Positions 1 to 10,210 of a stretch of 57,230 nucleotides of DNA are shown piece by piece. The notes beneath the pieces were generated by a model. It worked only from the letters and a program-made list of their open reading frames with translations, did not search any database and was not told the DNA's origin. Position 1 is the first letter of the stretch. Every line of letters starts with the position of its first letter. The translations under genes and the position numbers were made by a program. Source of the DNA: a virus (Duplodnaviria > Caudoviricetes); the IMG/VR virus record IMGVR_UViG_3300025120_012119, positions 1 to 57,230 of that record; one strand, 5' to 3'.

Positions 1-2570
1 GTGGTGATTTAAAAATTTATCATGATAGTAGTAATAGTTACATAGAGGATCAAGGGCAAGGATTTTTATTTTTAAGAGCAGCAAATTCACTTGTATTAGA
101 AGATAATCTTGGTGGTAATTATTTTAGAGGAACTAAAGGAGGAGTAACAGCAGATTCACTTGCTGGTGTAGTTCAATTATATTTTAGTGGTTCTGAAAAA
201 TTTAGAACTACAGGTTCAGGTATTTTTATTACAGGTTCTATAAGTGCTTCTGGTTTATTAAATATTAGTGCATCTGAAAATCCAGGGCAATCATATGGAG
301 TATTAGTAAGAGATGAATCTACAGGATTAGTTTATTATACAGGTTCATATGGAAGTGGTGGTGGTGCTACTACAGATGGAATATTTAATGTTGTAACAGG
401 TACTATTTTTGGTACTACTTCTTCATTACAAGTAACAGGAAGTACAATACAACAATCACCATTTACAACAACAGGAGCTAATATAACAGCTTCAAATGCA
501 GGAACAGGAGGGGGAACAGCTAAATATGCTTTAACTGTAAGTGAATCAGTATGGCATTATACAGATAATGTAGGAGTTCCTACATCAAAAGCATGGAAAA
601 CAGATTTAGATGGCTCATATTTTAATAATTTTGACCATAATACAGACACAGCAGAAATAGTAAGGTTTATGGCAGGTTTATTAAGTGCCTCTGCACCAGA
701 CGCAGCCCCAAATACACGTACTTACGCGAGTTTAGGCGTATCTACATCCAATAATGGTACTGGAACAGCACCTAGCGGACGTGTGCCTCAATCAAGTACT
801 AACGACGTAATTAATTATTTAAATTCAAAAGGATTTGCAACTCCAGGTTCAACTATATTTAGTGGAATTAGCCCAATTTACAATAATTCATCATTTAAAA
901 AAGAATATTCATCAGTAGCAGGAGGTTCAACAATTGTTTCTTCATCAGTAGATACTCAACTGTTTGGTTTAGGAAATATAGGACAAGCATTTAATGTATC
1001 AGGATCAGATCAATATATATTTTATAATAACTCAGCAAAAAGTCCAGTTACAGCAACCTCAACCTCTGTTCATCTTTTATCAAAAACAGGACCAGGAACA
1101 GCAAATGGTTTAACTATAGGAAATATTGCAACTGGTAATGCTTTAATCCCTGATGCTTATCAAGATGGTAAATTTGTAAGTATTTTTGATCAATTATTAT
1201 ATAATGGTGGTGTTGGTTTAGGTAATGTAACTTCATCAGGTTATTATTATTTTTCATCTTCAGTTGCTGTACAATCAGGTTCATCTAATTATTCAGATTT
1301 CTTTGCTCAAAATGAAGAAATATTTTATGCCCCAACAACAGCAATTAATAGTGGCATATCAACAAACACACCAGCTATAGGGTATTTTGGTAGTCAATCA
1401 TTAACAGCAACATCAAGATCATTATCAGGTGCTGCTTATTTAAGAGGAGCAACTTGGGAATCTTCAGCTTCAATAACAAATGCATTTGATCCAATGTTTG
1501 CATCAAGTACTACATTTGCAAGAATATTTGAATCTAATGGAATATTAGTAATTAATAATGGAGCAGGTGGTGTTGATTTAGGAAGTACAAATGGTGGTTC
1601 AGTTCAAACATCTAATTTTATATTTGATTCTACAGGAACAACTGCTAGAGTAATTGGAACTGTCCCAACAGAAAATGATTTAGTAAAATTAGGAGGTAGT
1701 TTAGTAGTAGATGCTGGTACTACAGGTACAACTAATATAGGACAAGCTACAATTAACCCAACAACATTTACTACAGAAGATAGGTGTAGAAGAAGAAATG
1801 GAGTTGATATAAATACAAATACAAATACATATGAGTTCTTTAAACCCGGGACATATGGAGCTTTAGTAGCATCAGGTTCAATGGCTTATTATGGTAGAGC
1901 TCAAGGATATGACGGAAGTGCATTAGTTGGAACAACTTCATGGACAGAAAATTTCTCGGGAGAAGATAATAGAATAAAAATTAATAATAACTTACTTGTA
2001 GGAACATATGCTGGTGGTGATAAATTTACTACATCTACATATGATGAATATATTTTAGATCCTTTAGAATTACAAGTAAAACCTGGCTATTTAGTTGAAG
2101 CCGGTGGTTCATTTGGGTATTGGTCTCCAGCAAACCCATCATCAGGAGATTATATTTATTATGCTAGAGCATTTCAAAGAAATTTAAATACAGGAGCAGG
2201 AAGTGTAACAATGAGTTTAGGTACTACTTTACAAGCTTGGAATTCAACATCGAATGGTATATCAGCAGCAATAATATTTAAAAGTTCAGGAACCGGAAAT
2301 TATACTCCACCAAGAATATATGACCCAACTGCAACTACAGATAACCTTATTATTGCTAGCCAAGCTAATGATGGTTTTATTAACCCATTTACATCTAACA
2401 TTGCTTTATATGGTAATGTTGGTGGTAGTATAAGTGGAAATAATTATAACATGCCAATGAGAAATGGAGATGGTATGGTTTTAGATGCTTCAGATCAAGA
2501 CTTTATAGTTATAATAAGATATAAAAATGATCCAACACCAATAACAAGTATAAATATAACAATTGCATAA
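1..2570 (+). CDS. Large virion structural / tail-fibre-like protein, 5'-truncated by the window edge
   Basis: The frame of ORF 669..2570 stays open back to base 3 (GDLKIYHDSSNSYIEDQGQG...), so the ATG at 669 is internal. The DLKIYHD..NSYI motif and G/S/T-rich composition are typical of phage fibre proteins. Stop TAA at 2568-2570. Confidence 0.7.
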   Translation, partial: GDLKIYHDSSNSYIEDQGQGFLFLRAANSLVLEDNLGGNYFRGTKGGVTADSLAGVVQLYFSGSEKFRTTGSGIFITGSISASGLLNISASENPGQSYGVLVRDESTGLVYYTGSYGSGGGATTDGIFNVVTGTIFGTTSSLQVTGSTIQQSPFTTTGANITASNAGTGGGTAKYALTVSESVWHYTDNVGVPTSKAWKTDLDGSYFNNFDHNTDTAEIVRFMAGLLSASAPDAAPNTRTYASLGVSTSNNGTGTAPSGRVPQSSTNDVINYLNSKGFATPGSTIFSGISPIYNNSSFKKEYSSVAGGSTIVSSSVDTQLFGLGNIGQAFNVSGSDQYIFYNNSAKSPVTATSTSVHLLSKTGPGTANGLTIGNIATGNALIPDAYQDGKFVSIFDQLLYNGGVGLGNVTSSGYYYFSSSVAVQSGSSNYSDFFAQNEEIFYAPTTAINSGISTNTPAIGYFGSQSLTATSRSLSGAAYLRGATWESSASITNAFDPMFASSTTFARIFESNGILVINNGAGGVDLGSTNGGSVQTSNFIFDSTGTTARVIGTVPTENDLVKLGGSLVVDAGTTGTTNIGQATINPTTFTTEDRCRRRNGVDINTNTNTYEFFKPGTYGALVASGSMAYYGRAQGYDGSALVGTTSWTENFSGEDNRIKINNNLLVGTYAGGDKFTTSTYDEYILDPLELQVKPGYLVEAGGSFGYWSPANPSSGDYIYYARAFQRNLNTGAGSVTMSLGTTLQAWNSTSNGISAAIIFKSSGTGNYTPPRIYDPTATTDNLIIASQANDGFINPFTSNIALYGNVGGSISGNNYNMPMRNGDGMVLDASDQDFIVIIRYKNDPTPITSINITIA

Positions 2571-2578
2571 AATAAAGG

Positions 2579-5500
2579 ATGGCATTAGATAAAACTAAAA
2601 AATCAAATAGGTTACTTGCGAGTAGGAGGTATACGATGGAACAAAGTTCGGATGCTCAAGAAGCATTCACAAGTGTACTTGACATCAATGCATCTGAAGT
2701 TTATATTGACCAAGCAGCTATCCCAACTACAGGTTTACCATACTCAGGGAGTACTCAAAATGGAGAATATGTGTTATCTGGTAGTGCTAATTTATTAAGA
2801 TATTATTATCAAGAACAATTAACACCCTCAAATGTTGTTAATGGTTCAAAAACAGAAGTATTCTTTTTAATATCAGCATCAGGACATAACCCAGCAACTG
2901 CAGTAACACCTCAAATTATACAAGCAGGTCAACAAGGTAGTTTTATTTCTCCAAAATATTCGGATCCATCTTTAACAAATGCTGATACAGAAGATTTAAC
3001 ACCAGGTTATAATGTAACTATTAGAGTAAATGGTACTAAACAAAACCCATCAAATTATCAGTTTGATTATAAAACAGGTGTAATACAGTTTGTGGATGCA
3101 GATGTAGCACCTACTACAGGTGATACAGTAAAATGTTCAGTTTATCAATATGTTGGTAGAACATTAAGTGATAGTGCTGGAGGTAGTGGACAAGGTTTCC
3201 CATTTTCAGGATCAGCTCAGATTACAGGATCAGTTGGAGGAGTAGCTGGAGGGTTTGCAGTAACAGGTAGTAGTACTTTTGATATAAGTGGAACAGGAGA
3301 TGATTTTAAAATAGAATCAGCACCAATACAAGATTTTCCTTTTGTATTAACATATGCAACAGGATCTGGTAAAATAGGATATGTTGAAGTATCATCAGGT
3401 ACAAGTGGTGTAGCAGGTTCAAATGGTTCTGCTGGTGTATCAGGAACAAGTGGTTCATCAGGTTCATCAGGAGCGACTGGTACTAATGGATCTTCAGGTC
3501 TTGCAGGTGTAAGTGGTTTAAGTGGAACTAATGGTTCTTCAGGATCATCAGGTGACGATGGTACTACAGGTTCAAGTGGAGAAAGTGGAACTTCGGGTTC
3601 AAGTGGAACTTCAGGTTCAAGTGGGACAACAGGTTCAGCAGGTTCTTCAGGAGCAGATGGAACTTCAGGTTCATCAGGTTTAGCTGGTGTTTCAGGATTA
3701 AGTGGAACTAATGGTTCATCAGGTTCATCAGGTGATGATGGAACAACAGGATCATCAGGTGAAAGTAAAACTTCAGGTTCAGCAGGTACAAGTGGATCTT
3801 CAGGTGAATCAGGAACAGTAGGTTCAAGTGGTTTAAGTGCAACTTCAGGTTCACAAGGTTCAAGTGGAGTAGCAGGTGCTTCAGGTTTAGCAGGAACAGC
3901 AGGTTCATCAGGATCATCAGGTGCAGATGGAACTACGGGTTCTTCAGGTGAAAGTAAAACTTCAGGATCTTCAGGTACAAATGGATCTTCAGGTGGAAAT
4001 GGAACTAATGGTTCATCAGGTCTTGCAGGTGCAAGTGGTTTAAGTGGTACTAATGGTTCATCAGGTTCTTCAGGAGATGATGGTACAACGGGTTCAAGTG
4101 GAGAAAGTAAAACTTCAGGTTCAGCAGGATCAAGTGGTTCATCAGGTGGTAGTGGTACTGTAGGTTCAAGTGGTTTAAGCGCGACATCAGGTTCACAAGG
4201 TTCAAGTGGTGTGGCAGGAGCGTCAGGTTTAGCAGCAACAGCAGGTTCATCAGGTTCTTCAGGAGCTGATGGAACAACAGGCTCAGCAGGTTTATCAGGT
4301 CAAGCAAATACTTCAGGCTCAGCAGGTACAAGTGGTTCAAACGGTTCTTCAGGTAATGATGGTACTTCAGGTTCATCAGGTCTTGCAGGTGTAAGTGGTT
4401 TAAGTGGTACTAATGGCTCTTCTGGATCATCAGGAGACGATGGTACAACAGGTTCAAGTGGAGAAAGTGCAACTTCAGGATCTACAGGATCTTCAGGTTT
4501 AAGTGGTGGTTCAGGAACAGTAGGATCTTCAGGAGCAAGTGCAACTTCAGGATCTACGGGATCTAGTGGTGTAGCAGGAGCATCAGGTTTAGCAGCAACA
4601 GCAGGTTCATCAGGTTCTTCAGGAGCTGATGGAACAACAGGCTCAAGTGGAGAAAGTGGAGGAAGTGGAACTTCAGGCTCAGCAGGTACAAGTGGTTCAA
4701 ATGGTTCTTCAGGAGATAATGGAACTTCAGGTTCATCAGGTTTAGCTGGTGTCTCAGGATTAAGTGGAACTAATGGTTCATCAGGTTCTTCAGGAGATGA
4801 TGGTACTACAGGTTCAAGTGGAGAAAGTAAAACTTCTGGATCTTCAGGTACAAATGGTTCAAGTGGTGGAAGTGGTACAGTAGGATCTTCAGGTGCATCA
4901 GCAACAGCTGGTTCATCAGGTTCAAATGGTTCAAGTGGTAATGCAGGAGAAGCAGGAGCAAGTGCAACTTCAGGTTCTTCAGGAACTTCAGGTTCTGTAG
5001 GTTCATCAGGTGATTCAGGTGGTAGTGGAACAGCAGGCTCTTCGGGAGCAAGTGCAACTTCAGGTTCACAAGGTTCAAGTGGTGTATCAGCTGCTTCAGG
5101 ATTAAGTGGAACAGCAGGTTCATCAGGATCAAGTGGCGCAGATGGTACTACTGGTTCTTCAGGAGATAGTGCAACTTCAGGTTCAACTGGTTCTTCAGGT
5201 GCCAGTGGTGGTTCAGGAACAGTAGGATCTTCAGGAAGTAGTCAAACATCAGGATCTTCGGGTTCAAACGGTTCTTCAGGTAATACGGGTGCAGCAGGTC
5301 AAAGTGCATCTTCAAATACTTCAGGATCTAGTGGTACAAATGGTTCTTCAGGTGATTCAGGAGGTAGTGGAACATCAGGTTCTTCAGGTTTAAGTGGACA
5401 ATCTGGTACAAATGGTTCAGCTGGATCTAGTGGAGTATCAGGTGTAGCAGGGAATAGTGGAACAGCAGGTTCATCAGGTTCTTCAGGAGCTGATGGGACA

Positions 5501-8500
5501 ACAGGTTCATCAGGTGAAAGTGCAACTTCGGGTTCAACAGGATCAAGTGGTTTAAGTAAAGCATCAGGAACAGCAGGTTCAAGTGGTTTAAGTAAAGCAT
5601 CAGGAACAGCAGGGTCATCAGGTTCGAGTGGATCTTCAGGTAATACAGGTGCAGCAGGTCAAAGTGCTTCTTCAAATACTTCAGGATCTTCAGGAACAAA
5701 TGGTTCATCAGGTGACTCAGGTGGAAGCGGTACTTCAGGTTCTTCAGGACAAAGTGGACAATCAGGAACAAATGGTTCAGCTGGATCTTCAGGTGTAGCA
5801 GGAGCTTCAGGTAATAGTGGAACTGCAGGTTCATCAGGATCAAGTGGTGCAGATGGTACTACTGGTTCTTCAGGAGATAGTGCAACTTCAGGTTCAACTG
5901 GTTCTTCAGGTGCCAGTGGAGGCAGTGGTACAGTAGGTTCATCAGGTGAAAGTAAAACATCAGGATCTTCGGGTTCAAACGGATCTTCAGGTAATACGGG
6001 TGCAGCAGGTCAAAGTGCATCTTCAAACACTTCAGGATCTTCAGGAACAAATGGTTCATCTGGTGATTCAGGTGGAAGCGGTACTTCAGGATCTTCAGGT
6101 TTAAGTGGACAATCAGGTACAAATGGTTCAGCTGGATCTAGTGGAGTAGCAGGTGCTTCAGGATTAAGTGGAACAGCAGGTTCGTCAGGTTCTTCAGGAA
6201 GAGATGGAACTACAGGTTCTTCAGGAGCAAGTGCAACTTCAGGTTCAACTGGTTCTTCAGGTGCCAGTGGAGGTTCAGGAACAGTAGGATCTTCAGGTGA
6301 AAGTAAAACATCAGGATCTTCGGGTTCAAACGGATCTTCAGGTAACACAGGTAATGCGGGTCAAAGTGCTTCTTCAAACACTTCAGGATCTAGTGGTACA
6401 AATGGTTCATCAGGTGATTCGGGTGGAAGTGGTACTTCAGGTTCTTCAGGTTTAAGTGGTGGTTCAGGTACAAATGGTTCAGCTGGATCTAGTGGAGTAG
6501 ATGGTGCTTCAGGATTAAGTGGAACTGCGGGTTCATCAGGACAAAGTGGTGCAGATGGAACAACAGGATCAAGTGGGGAAAGTGCAACTTCAGGTTCAAC
6601 TGGTTCTTCAGGTGCTAGTGGAGGTTCAGGAACAGTAGGATCTTCAGGAAGTAGTCAAACATCAGGATCTTCAGGTTCAAACGGTTCTTCAGGTAACACA
6701 GGTAATGCTGGTCAAAGTGCATCTTCAAACACTTCAGGATCTTCAGGAACAAATGGTTCGTCAGGTGATTCAGGTGGAAGTGGTACTTCAGGTTCTTCAG
6801 GACAGAGTGGTGGTTCAGGTACAAACGGTTCAAATGGATCTTCAGGTGTAGCAGGTGCTTCAGGATTAAGTGGAACAGCTGGTTCATCAGGACAAAGTGG
6901 TGCAGATGGAACAACAGGATCAAGTGGGGAAAGTGCAACTTCGGGTTCAACGGGATCAAGTGGTTTAAGTAAAGCATCAGGAACAACAGGGTCATCAGGA
7001 AGTAGTCAAACATCAGGATCTTCAGGTTCAAATGGTTCCTCAGGTAATACAGGTAATGCAGGTCAAAGTGCAGGTTCTGCAACTAGTGGTTCATCAGGAA
7101 CAAATGGCTCATCTGGTGATTCAGGTGGAAGTGGTACTTCAGGATCTTCAGGTTTAAGTGGTGGTTCAGGTACAAATGGTTCAAACGGATCTTCAGGTGT
7201 AGCAGGAGCTTCAGGATTAAGTGGAACAGCAGGTTCATCAGGATCAAGTGGGGCAGATGGAACAACAGGTTCTTCAGGTAATGCTGGTGGATCAGGTCAA
7301 AGTGCAGGATCAGGTACTTCTGGATCTTCAGGTTCAAATGGTTCAAATGGTAATACTGGTGCAGCAGGTGCAAGTAAATCATCAGCTACAAGTGGTTCAT
7401 CAGGATCAAATGGTTCAACTGGTAATGCCGGTGCAGCAGGTCAAAGTGCATCTTCAAATACTTCAGGATCTAGTGGAACAAATGGTTCGTCAGGTGATTC
7501 AGGAGGTAGTGGTACTTCAGGTTCTTCAGGACAAAGTGGTGGTTCAGGAACAAATGGTTCAAACGGTTCAAGTGGAGTAGCAGGTGCTTCAGGATTAAGT
7601 GGAACAGCAGGTTCGGCAGGATCTTCAGGTGCTGATGGTACAACAGGTTCTTCAGGTAATTCTGGAGGATCAGGTCAAAGTGCAGGATCAGGAACTTCAG
7701 GTTCATCAGGATCAAATGGTTCAAACGGTAACACAGGTGGAGCAGGTGCAAGTAGAGCATCAGGTACTTCAGGTTCAACAGGATCTTCAGGTTCAACAGG
7801 TGCTACAGGTGGGGCAGGTGCAAGTAAATCATCAAATACTTCAGGATCTAGTGGAACAAATGGTTCAAATGGTAACGCTGGTGCAGCAGGTGCTTCAGCA
7901 GTAAGTGGTGAATCAGGAACTTCAGGTTCAAATGGTTCAAATGGAGCAGCAGGTGCTACAGGTGCTGGCGGTCAAAGTGGACAATCAGGTACTAATGGTT
8001 CAAATGGTTCAAATGGAGTAGCAGGTGCTTCAGGATTAAGTGGAACAGCAGGTTCAGCAGGATCTTCAGGAGGAGATGGAACTACAGGTTCAAGTGGTAA
8101 TTCTGGAGGATCAGGTCAAAGTGCAGGATCAGGTACTTCTGGATCTTCGGGTTCAAACGGTTCAAATGGTAATACAGGAGGATCAGGTGCAAGTAGGGCA
8201 TCAGGAACTTCAGGTTCAACAGGAACTTCAGGTTCAACAGGTGCTACAGGTGGAGCAGGAGCAAGTAGATCATCAAACACTTCAGGATCTAGTGGTACAA
8301 ATGGTTCAAATGGTGTTGCGGGTAATGCAGGTGCTTCAGCCGTAAGTGGTGAATCAGGAACTTCAGGTTCAAATGGTTCAAATGGAGCAGCAGGTGCTAC
8401 AGGTGCTAGTGGTCAAAGTGGACAATCAGGTACTAATGGTTCAAATGGTTCAAATGGTAATGCAGGTGCTTCAGGATTAAGTGGAACAGCAGGTTCAGCA

Positions 8501-10207
8501 GGATCTTCAGGAGCAGATGGAACTACAGGTTCAAGTGGTGATTCTGGAGGATCAGGTCAAAGTGCAGGATCAGGTACTTCAGGTTCAACAGGAACAACAG
8601 GTTCAAACGGTAACACAGGTGGTACAGGTTCTTCAGCACAAAGTGGTCAATCAGGAACATCAGGTTCAAATGGTTCAAATGGTAATACAGGTAATACTGG
8701 TAATTCAGGACAAAGTGGCCAATCAGGTACTTCAGGATCAAATGGTTCAAGTGGTAACACAGGAGCAGCAGGTGCAAGTAGAGCATCTAATACATCAGGA
8801 TCTTCAGGTTCAGCAGGATCTTCAGGTATAACAGGTGCAACTGGTGCTAGTGCCTCTTCAAATACTTCAGGATCTAGTGGTACAAATGGATCAACAGGTG
8901 CTACAGGTGGAGCAGGTGCAAGTAAATCATCAAATACTTCAGGTTCATCAGGTACAAATGGTTCAAATGGTAATACAGGAGGAGCAGGTGCAAGTAGATT
9001 ATCAGGAACAAGTGGATCTTCAGGATCTAATGGTTCAAGTGGTGACACAGGTAATAATGGTGCTTCAGCACAAAGTGGCCAATCAGGTACTTCAGGTTCA
9101 AATGGTTCAAATGGTAATACAGGAGGAGCAGGTGCAAGTAGACTATCAGGTACTTCAGGTTCATCAGGTTCAACAGGATCTAGTGGTAATACAGGTGGAG
9201 CAGGAGCAAGTAAATTATCAGGAACAAGTGGATCTTCAGGTTCAAATGGTGTAGCAGGTGCTTCAGGATTAAGTGGAACAGCAGGTTCAGCAGGATCTTC
9301 AGGAGCAGACGGTACAACAGGTTCTTCAGGTAATGGTGGTGGATCAGGTCAAAGTGCAGGATCAGGAACAAGTGGATCTTCAGGTTCAACAGGATCTAAT
9401 GGTAATACAGGAGGAGCAGGTGCAAGTAGACTATCAGGTACTTCAGGTTCAACAGGATCTTCAGGTTCAACAGGTGCTACAGGTGGATCAGGAGCAAGTA
9501 AAGGATCAGGTACTTCAGGATCAAGTGGTTCAACTGGTAATAATGGAGCAGTTGGTGGATCAGGTGCAAGTGCTGTATCAGGTACTTCAGGATCAAATGG
9601 TTCAGCAGGTAATGGAGGTTCACCAGGTGGATCAGGTGGATCAGGTACTTCAGGTACTTCAGGAACAGCTGGATCTTCAGGTGTAATAGGTGGTTCAGGA
9701 TCTTCAATTACAATAACAACTACAGCTCCTTTAAGAATAGCAGGTGCCGCAAGTGCTACATTAGACCAAAGTAGAACTTTATCACTTGATTTAGGTGCAG
9801 GAAATTTAGTATATCCAGAAAGAAATACAGATGGTTTTAGTGGTGATGAAGTTACTTTTGGATCACAATTAGCTAATAATACTACATATCTCATATATTG
9901 TTTAGGACAAGATGGTATATGGAGAACAGCAGATAAAGATTCTTCTAACCAAGCAACAGGAACATTAGCAATTGCTATGGGTGCTAGTGCTTCTACTAAT
10001 GGTATGTTTGTTAGAGGTATAGTATTTGCCGAAGAAAATTTTGGAGAATTAGGTACAGGTGATACTTTATATGTAGGTGATAACGGTATCCCAACAGCAA
10101 CAGCTCCAACATCAGCTGGTGATTATGTAAGAATAATAGGACAAGTAACTGATGTAGCAGGTCAAATTTGGTTTGATCCAGATAAAACATATGTATTAAA
10201 TTCATAA
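2579..10207 (+). CDS. Giant (2542 aa) Gly-X-Y Ser/Thr-rich repeat fibre-like virion protein with globular N- and C-terminal domains
   Basis: About 270-aa non-repetitive N-terminus, about 2100-aa tripeptide repeat, about 165-aa C-terminus (LYVGDNG..TAPTSAGDYVRIIG..IWFDPD, resembling capsid-fibre/cement-type tip domains). Confidence 0.75.
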   Translation: MALDKTKKSNRLLASRRYTMEQSSDAQEAFTSVLDINASEVYIDQAAIPTTGLPYSGSTQNGEYVLSGSANLLRYYYQEQLTPSNVVNGSKTEVFFLISASGHNPATAVTPQIIQAGQQGSFISPKYSDPSLTNADTEDLTPGYNVTIRVNGTKQNPSNYQFDYKTGVIQFVDADVAPTTGDTVKCSVYQYVGRTLSDSAGGSGQGFPFSGSAQITGSVGGVAGGFAVTGSSTFDISGTGDDFKIESAPIQDFPFVLTYATGSGKIGYVEVSSGTSGVAGSNGSAGVSGTSGSSGSSGATGTNGSSGLAGVSGLSGTNGSSGSSGDDGTTGSSGESGTSGSSGTSGSSGTTGSAGSSGADGTSGSSGLAGVSGLSGTNGSSGSSGDDGTTGSSGESKTSGSAGTSGSSGESGTVGSSGLSATSGSQGSSGVAGASGLAGTAGSSGSSGADGTTGSSGESKTSGSSGTNGSSGGNGTNGSSGLAGASGLSGTNGSSGSSGDDGTTGSSGESKTSGSAGSSGSSGGSGTVGSSGLSATSGSQGSSGVAGASGLAATAGSSGSSGADGTTGSAGLSGQANTSGSAGTSGSNGSSGNDGTSGSSGLAGVSGLSGTNGSSGSSGDDGTTGSSGESATSGSTGSSGLSGGSGTVGSSGASATSGSTGSSGVAGASGLAATAGSSGSSGADGTTGSSGESGGSGTSGSAGTSGSNGSSGDNGTSGSSGLAGVSGLSGTNGSSGSSGDDGTTGSSGESKTSGSSGTNGSSGGSGTVGSSGASATAGSSGSNGSSGNAGEAGASATSGSSGTSGSVGSSGDSGGSGTAGSSGASATSGSQGSSGVSAASGLSGTAGSSGSSGADGTTGSSGDSATSGSTGSSGASGGSGTVGSSGSSQTSGSSGSNGSSGNTGAAGQSASSNTSGSSGTNGSSGDSGGSGTSGSSGLSGQSGTNGSAGSSGVSGVAGNSGTAGSSGSSGADGTTGSSGESATSGSTGSSGLSKASGTAGSSGLSKASGTAGSSGSSGSSGNTGAAGQSASSNTSGSSGTNGSSGDSGGSGTSGSSGQSGQSGTNGSAGSSGVAGASGNSGTAGSSGSSGADGTTGSSGDSATSGSTGSSGASGGSGTVGSSGESKTSGSSGSNGSSGNTGAAGQSASSNTSGSSGTNGSSGDSGGSGTSGSSGLSGQSGTNGSAGSSGVAGASGLSGTAGSSGSSGRDGTTGSSGASATSGSTGSSGASGGSGTVGSSGESKTSGSSGSNGSSGNTGNAGQSASSNTSGSSGTNGSSGDSGGSGTSGSSGLSGGSGTNGSAGSSGVDGASGLSGTAGSSGQSGADGTTGSSGESATSGSTGSSGASGGSGTVGSSGSSQTSGSSGSNGSSGNTGNAGQSASSNTSGSSGTNGSSGDSGGSGTSGSSGQSGGSGTNGSNGSSGVAGASGLSGTAGSSGQSGADGTTGSSGESATSGSTGSSGLSKASGTTGSSGSSQTSGSSGSNGSSGNTGNAGQSAGSATSGSSGTNGSSGDSGGSGTSGSSGLSGGSGTNGSNGSSGVAGASGLSGTAGSSGSSGADGTTGSSGNAGGSGQSAGSGTSGSSGSNGSNGNTGAAGASKSSATSGSSGSNGSTGNAGAAGQSASSNTSGSSGTNGSSGDSGGSGTSGSSGQSGGSGTNGSNGSSGVAGASGLSGTAGSAGSSGADGTTGSSGNSGGSGQSAGSGTSGSSGSNGSNGNTGGAGASRASGTSGSTGSSGSTGATGGAGASKSSNTSGSSGTNGSNGNAGAAGASAVSGESGTSGSNGSNGAAGATGAGGQSGQSGTNGSNGSNGVAGASGLSGTAGSAGSSGGDGTTGSSGNSGGSGQSAGSGTSGSSGSNGSNGNTGGSGASRASGTSGSTGTSGSTGATGGAGASRSSNTSGSSGTNGSNGVAGNAGASAVSGESGTSGSNGSNGAAGATGASGQSGQSGTNGSNGSNGNAGASGLSGTAGSAGSSGADGTTGSSGDSGGSGQSAGSGTSGSTGTTGSNGNTGGTGSSAQSGQSGTSGSNGSNGNTGNTGNSGQSGQSGTSGSNGSSGNTGAAGASRASNTSGSSGSAGSSGITGATGASASSNTSGSSGTNGSTGATGGAGASKSSNTSGSSGTNGSNGNTGGAGASRLSGTSGSSGSNGSSGDTGNNGASAQSGQSGTSGSNGSNGNTGGAGASRLSGTSGSSGSTGSSGNTGGAGASKLSGTSGSSGSNGVAGASGLSGTAGSAGSSGADGTTGSSGNGGGSGQSAGSGTSGSSGSTGSNGNTGGAGASRLSGTSGSTGSSGSTGATGGSGASKGSGTSGSSGSTGNNGAVGGSGASAVSGTSGSNGSAGNGGSPGGSGGSGTSGTSGTAGSSGVIGGSGSSITITTTAPLRIAGAASATLDQSRTLSLDLGAGNLVYPERNTDGFSGDEVTFGSQLANNTTYLIYCLGQDGIWRTADKDSSNQATGTLAIAMGASASTNGMFVRGIVFAEENFGELGTGDTLYVGDNGIPTATAPTSAGDYVRIIGQVTDVAGQIWFDPDKTYVLNS
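3398..9706 (+). repeat. Coding 9-bp-periodic repeat (GGN-TCN-TCN type) with higher-order units of about 170-440 bp
   Basis: 6309 nt = 701 x 9. The anchor G(A/D)DGTTGS recurs at 3551, 3731, 3920, 4073, 4262, 4433, 4622, 4793, 5135, 5486, 5846, 6197, 6548, 6899, 7250, 7628, 8069, 8510 and 9302, and all spacings are multiples of 9. Confidence 0.95.
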
Positions 10208-10210
10208 AAT

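Noticed and set aside
669-671. ATG 669 as the start of the first gene
   Set aside because: The frame is open from base 3 with fibre-like sequence, so the gene begins upstream of the window.
3398-9706. Repeat region as a CRISPR array or non-coding satellite
   Set aside because: No constant repeat with unique spacers; variation falls mainly at synonymous positions of one open frame.
3708-9894. Many alternative-frame and antisense ORFs (MNL/HL-, QVQ- and PEDP-rich) inside the giant gene
   Set aside because: Shadow ORFs produced by the stop-poor 9-bp coding repeat; no independent signals.
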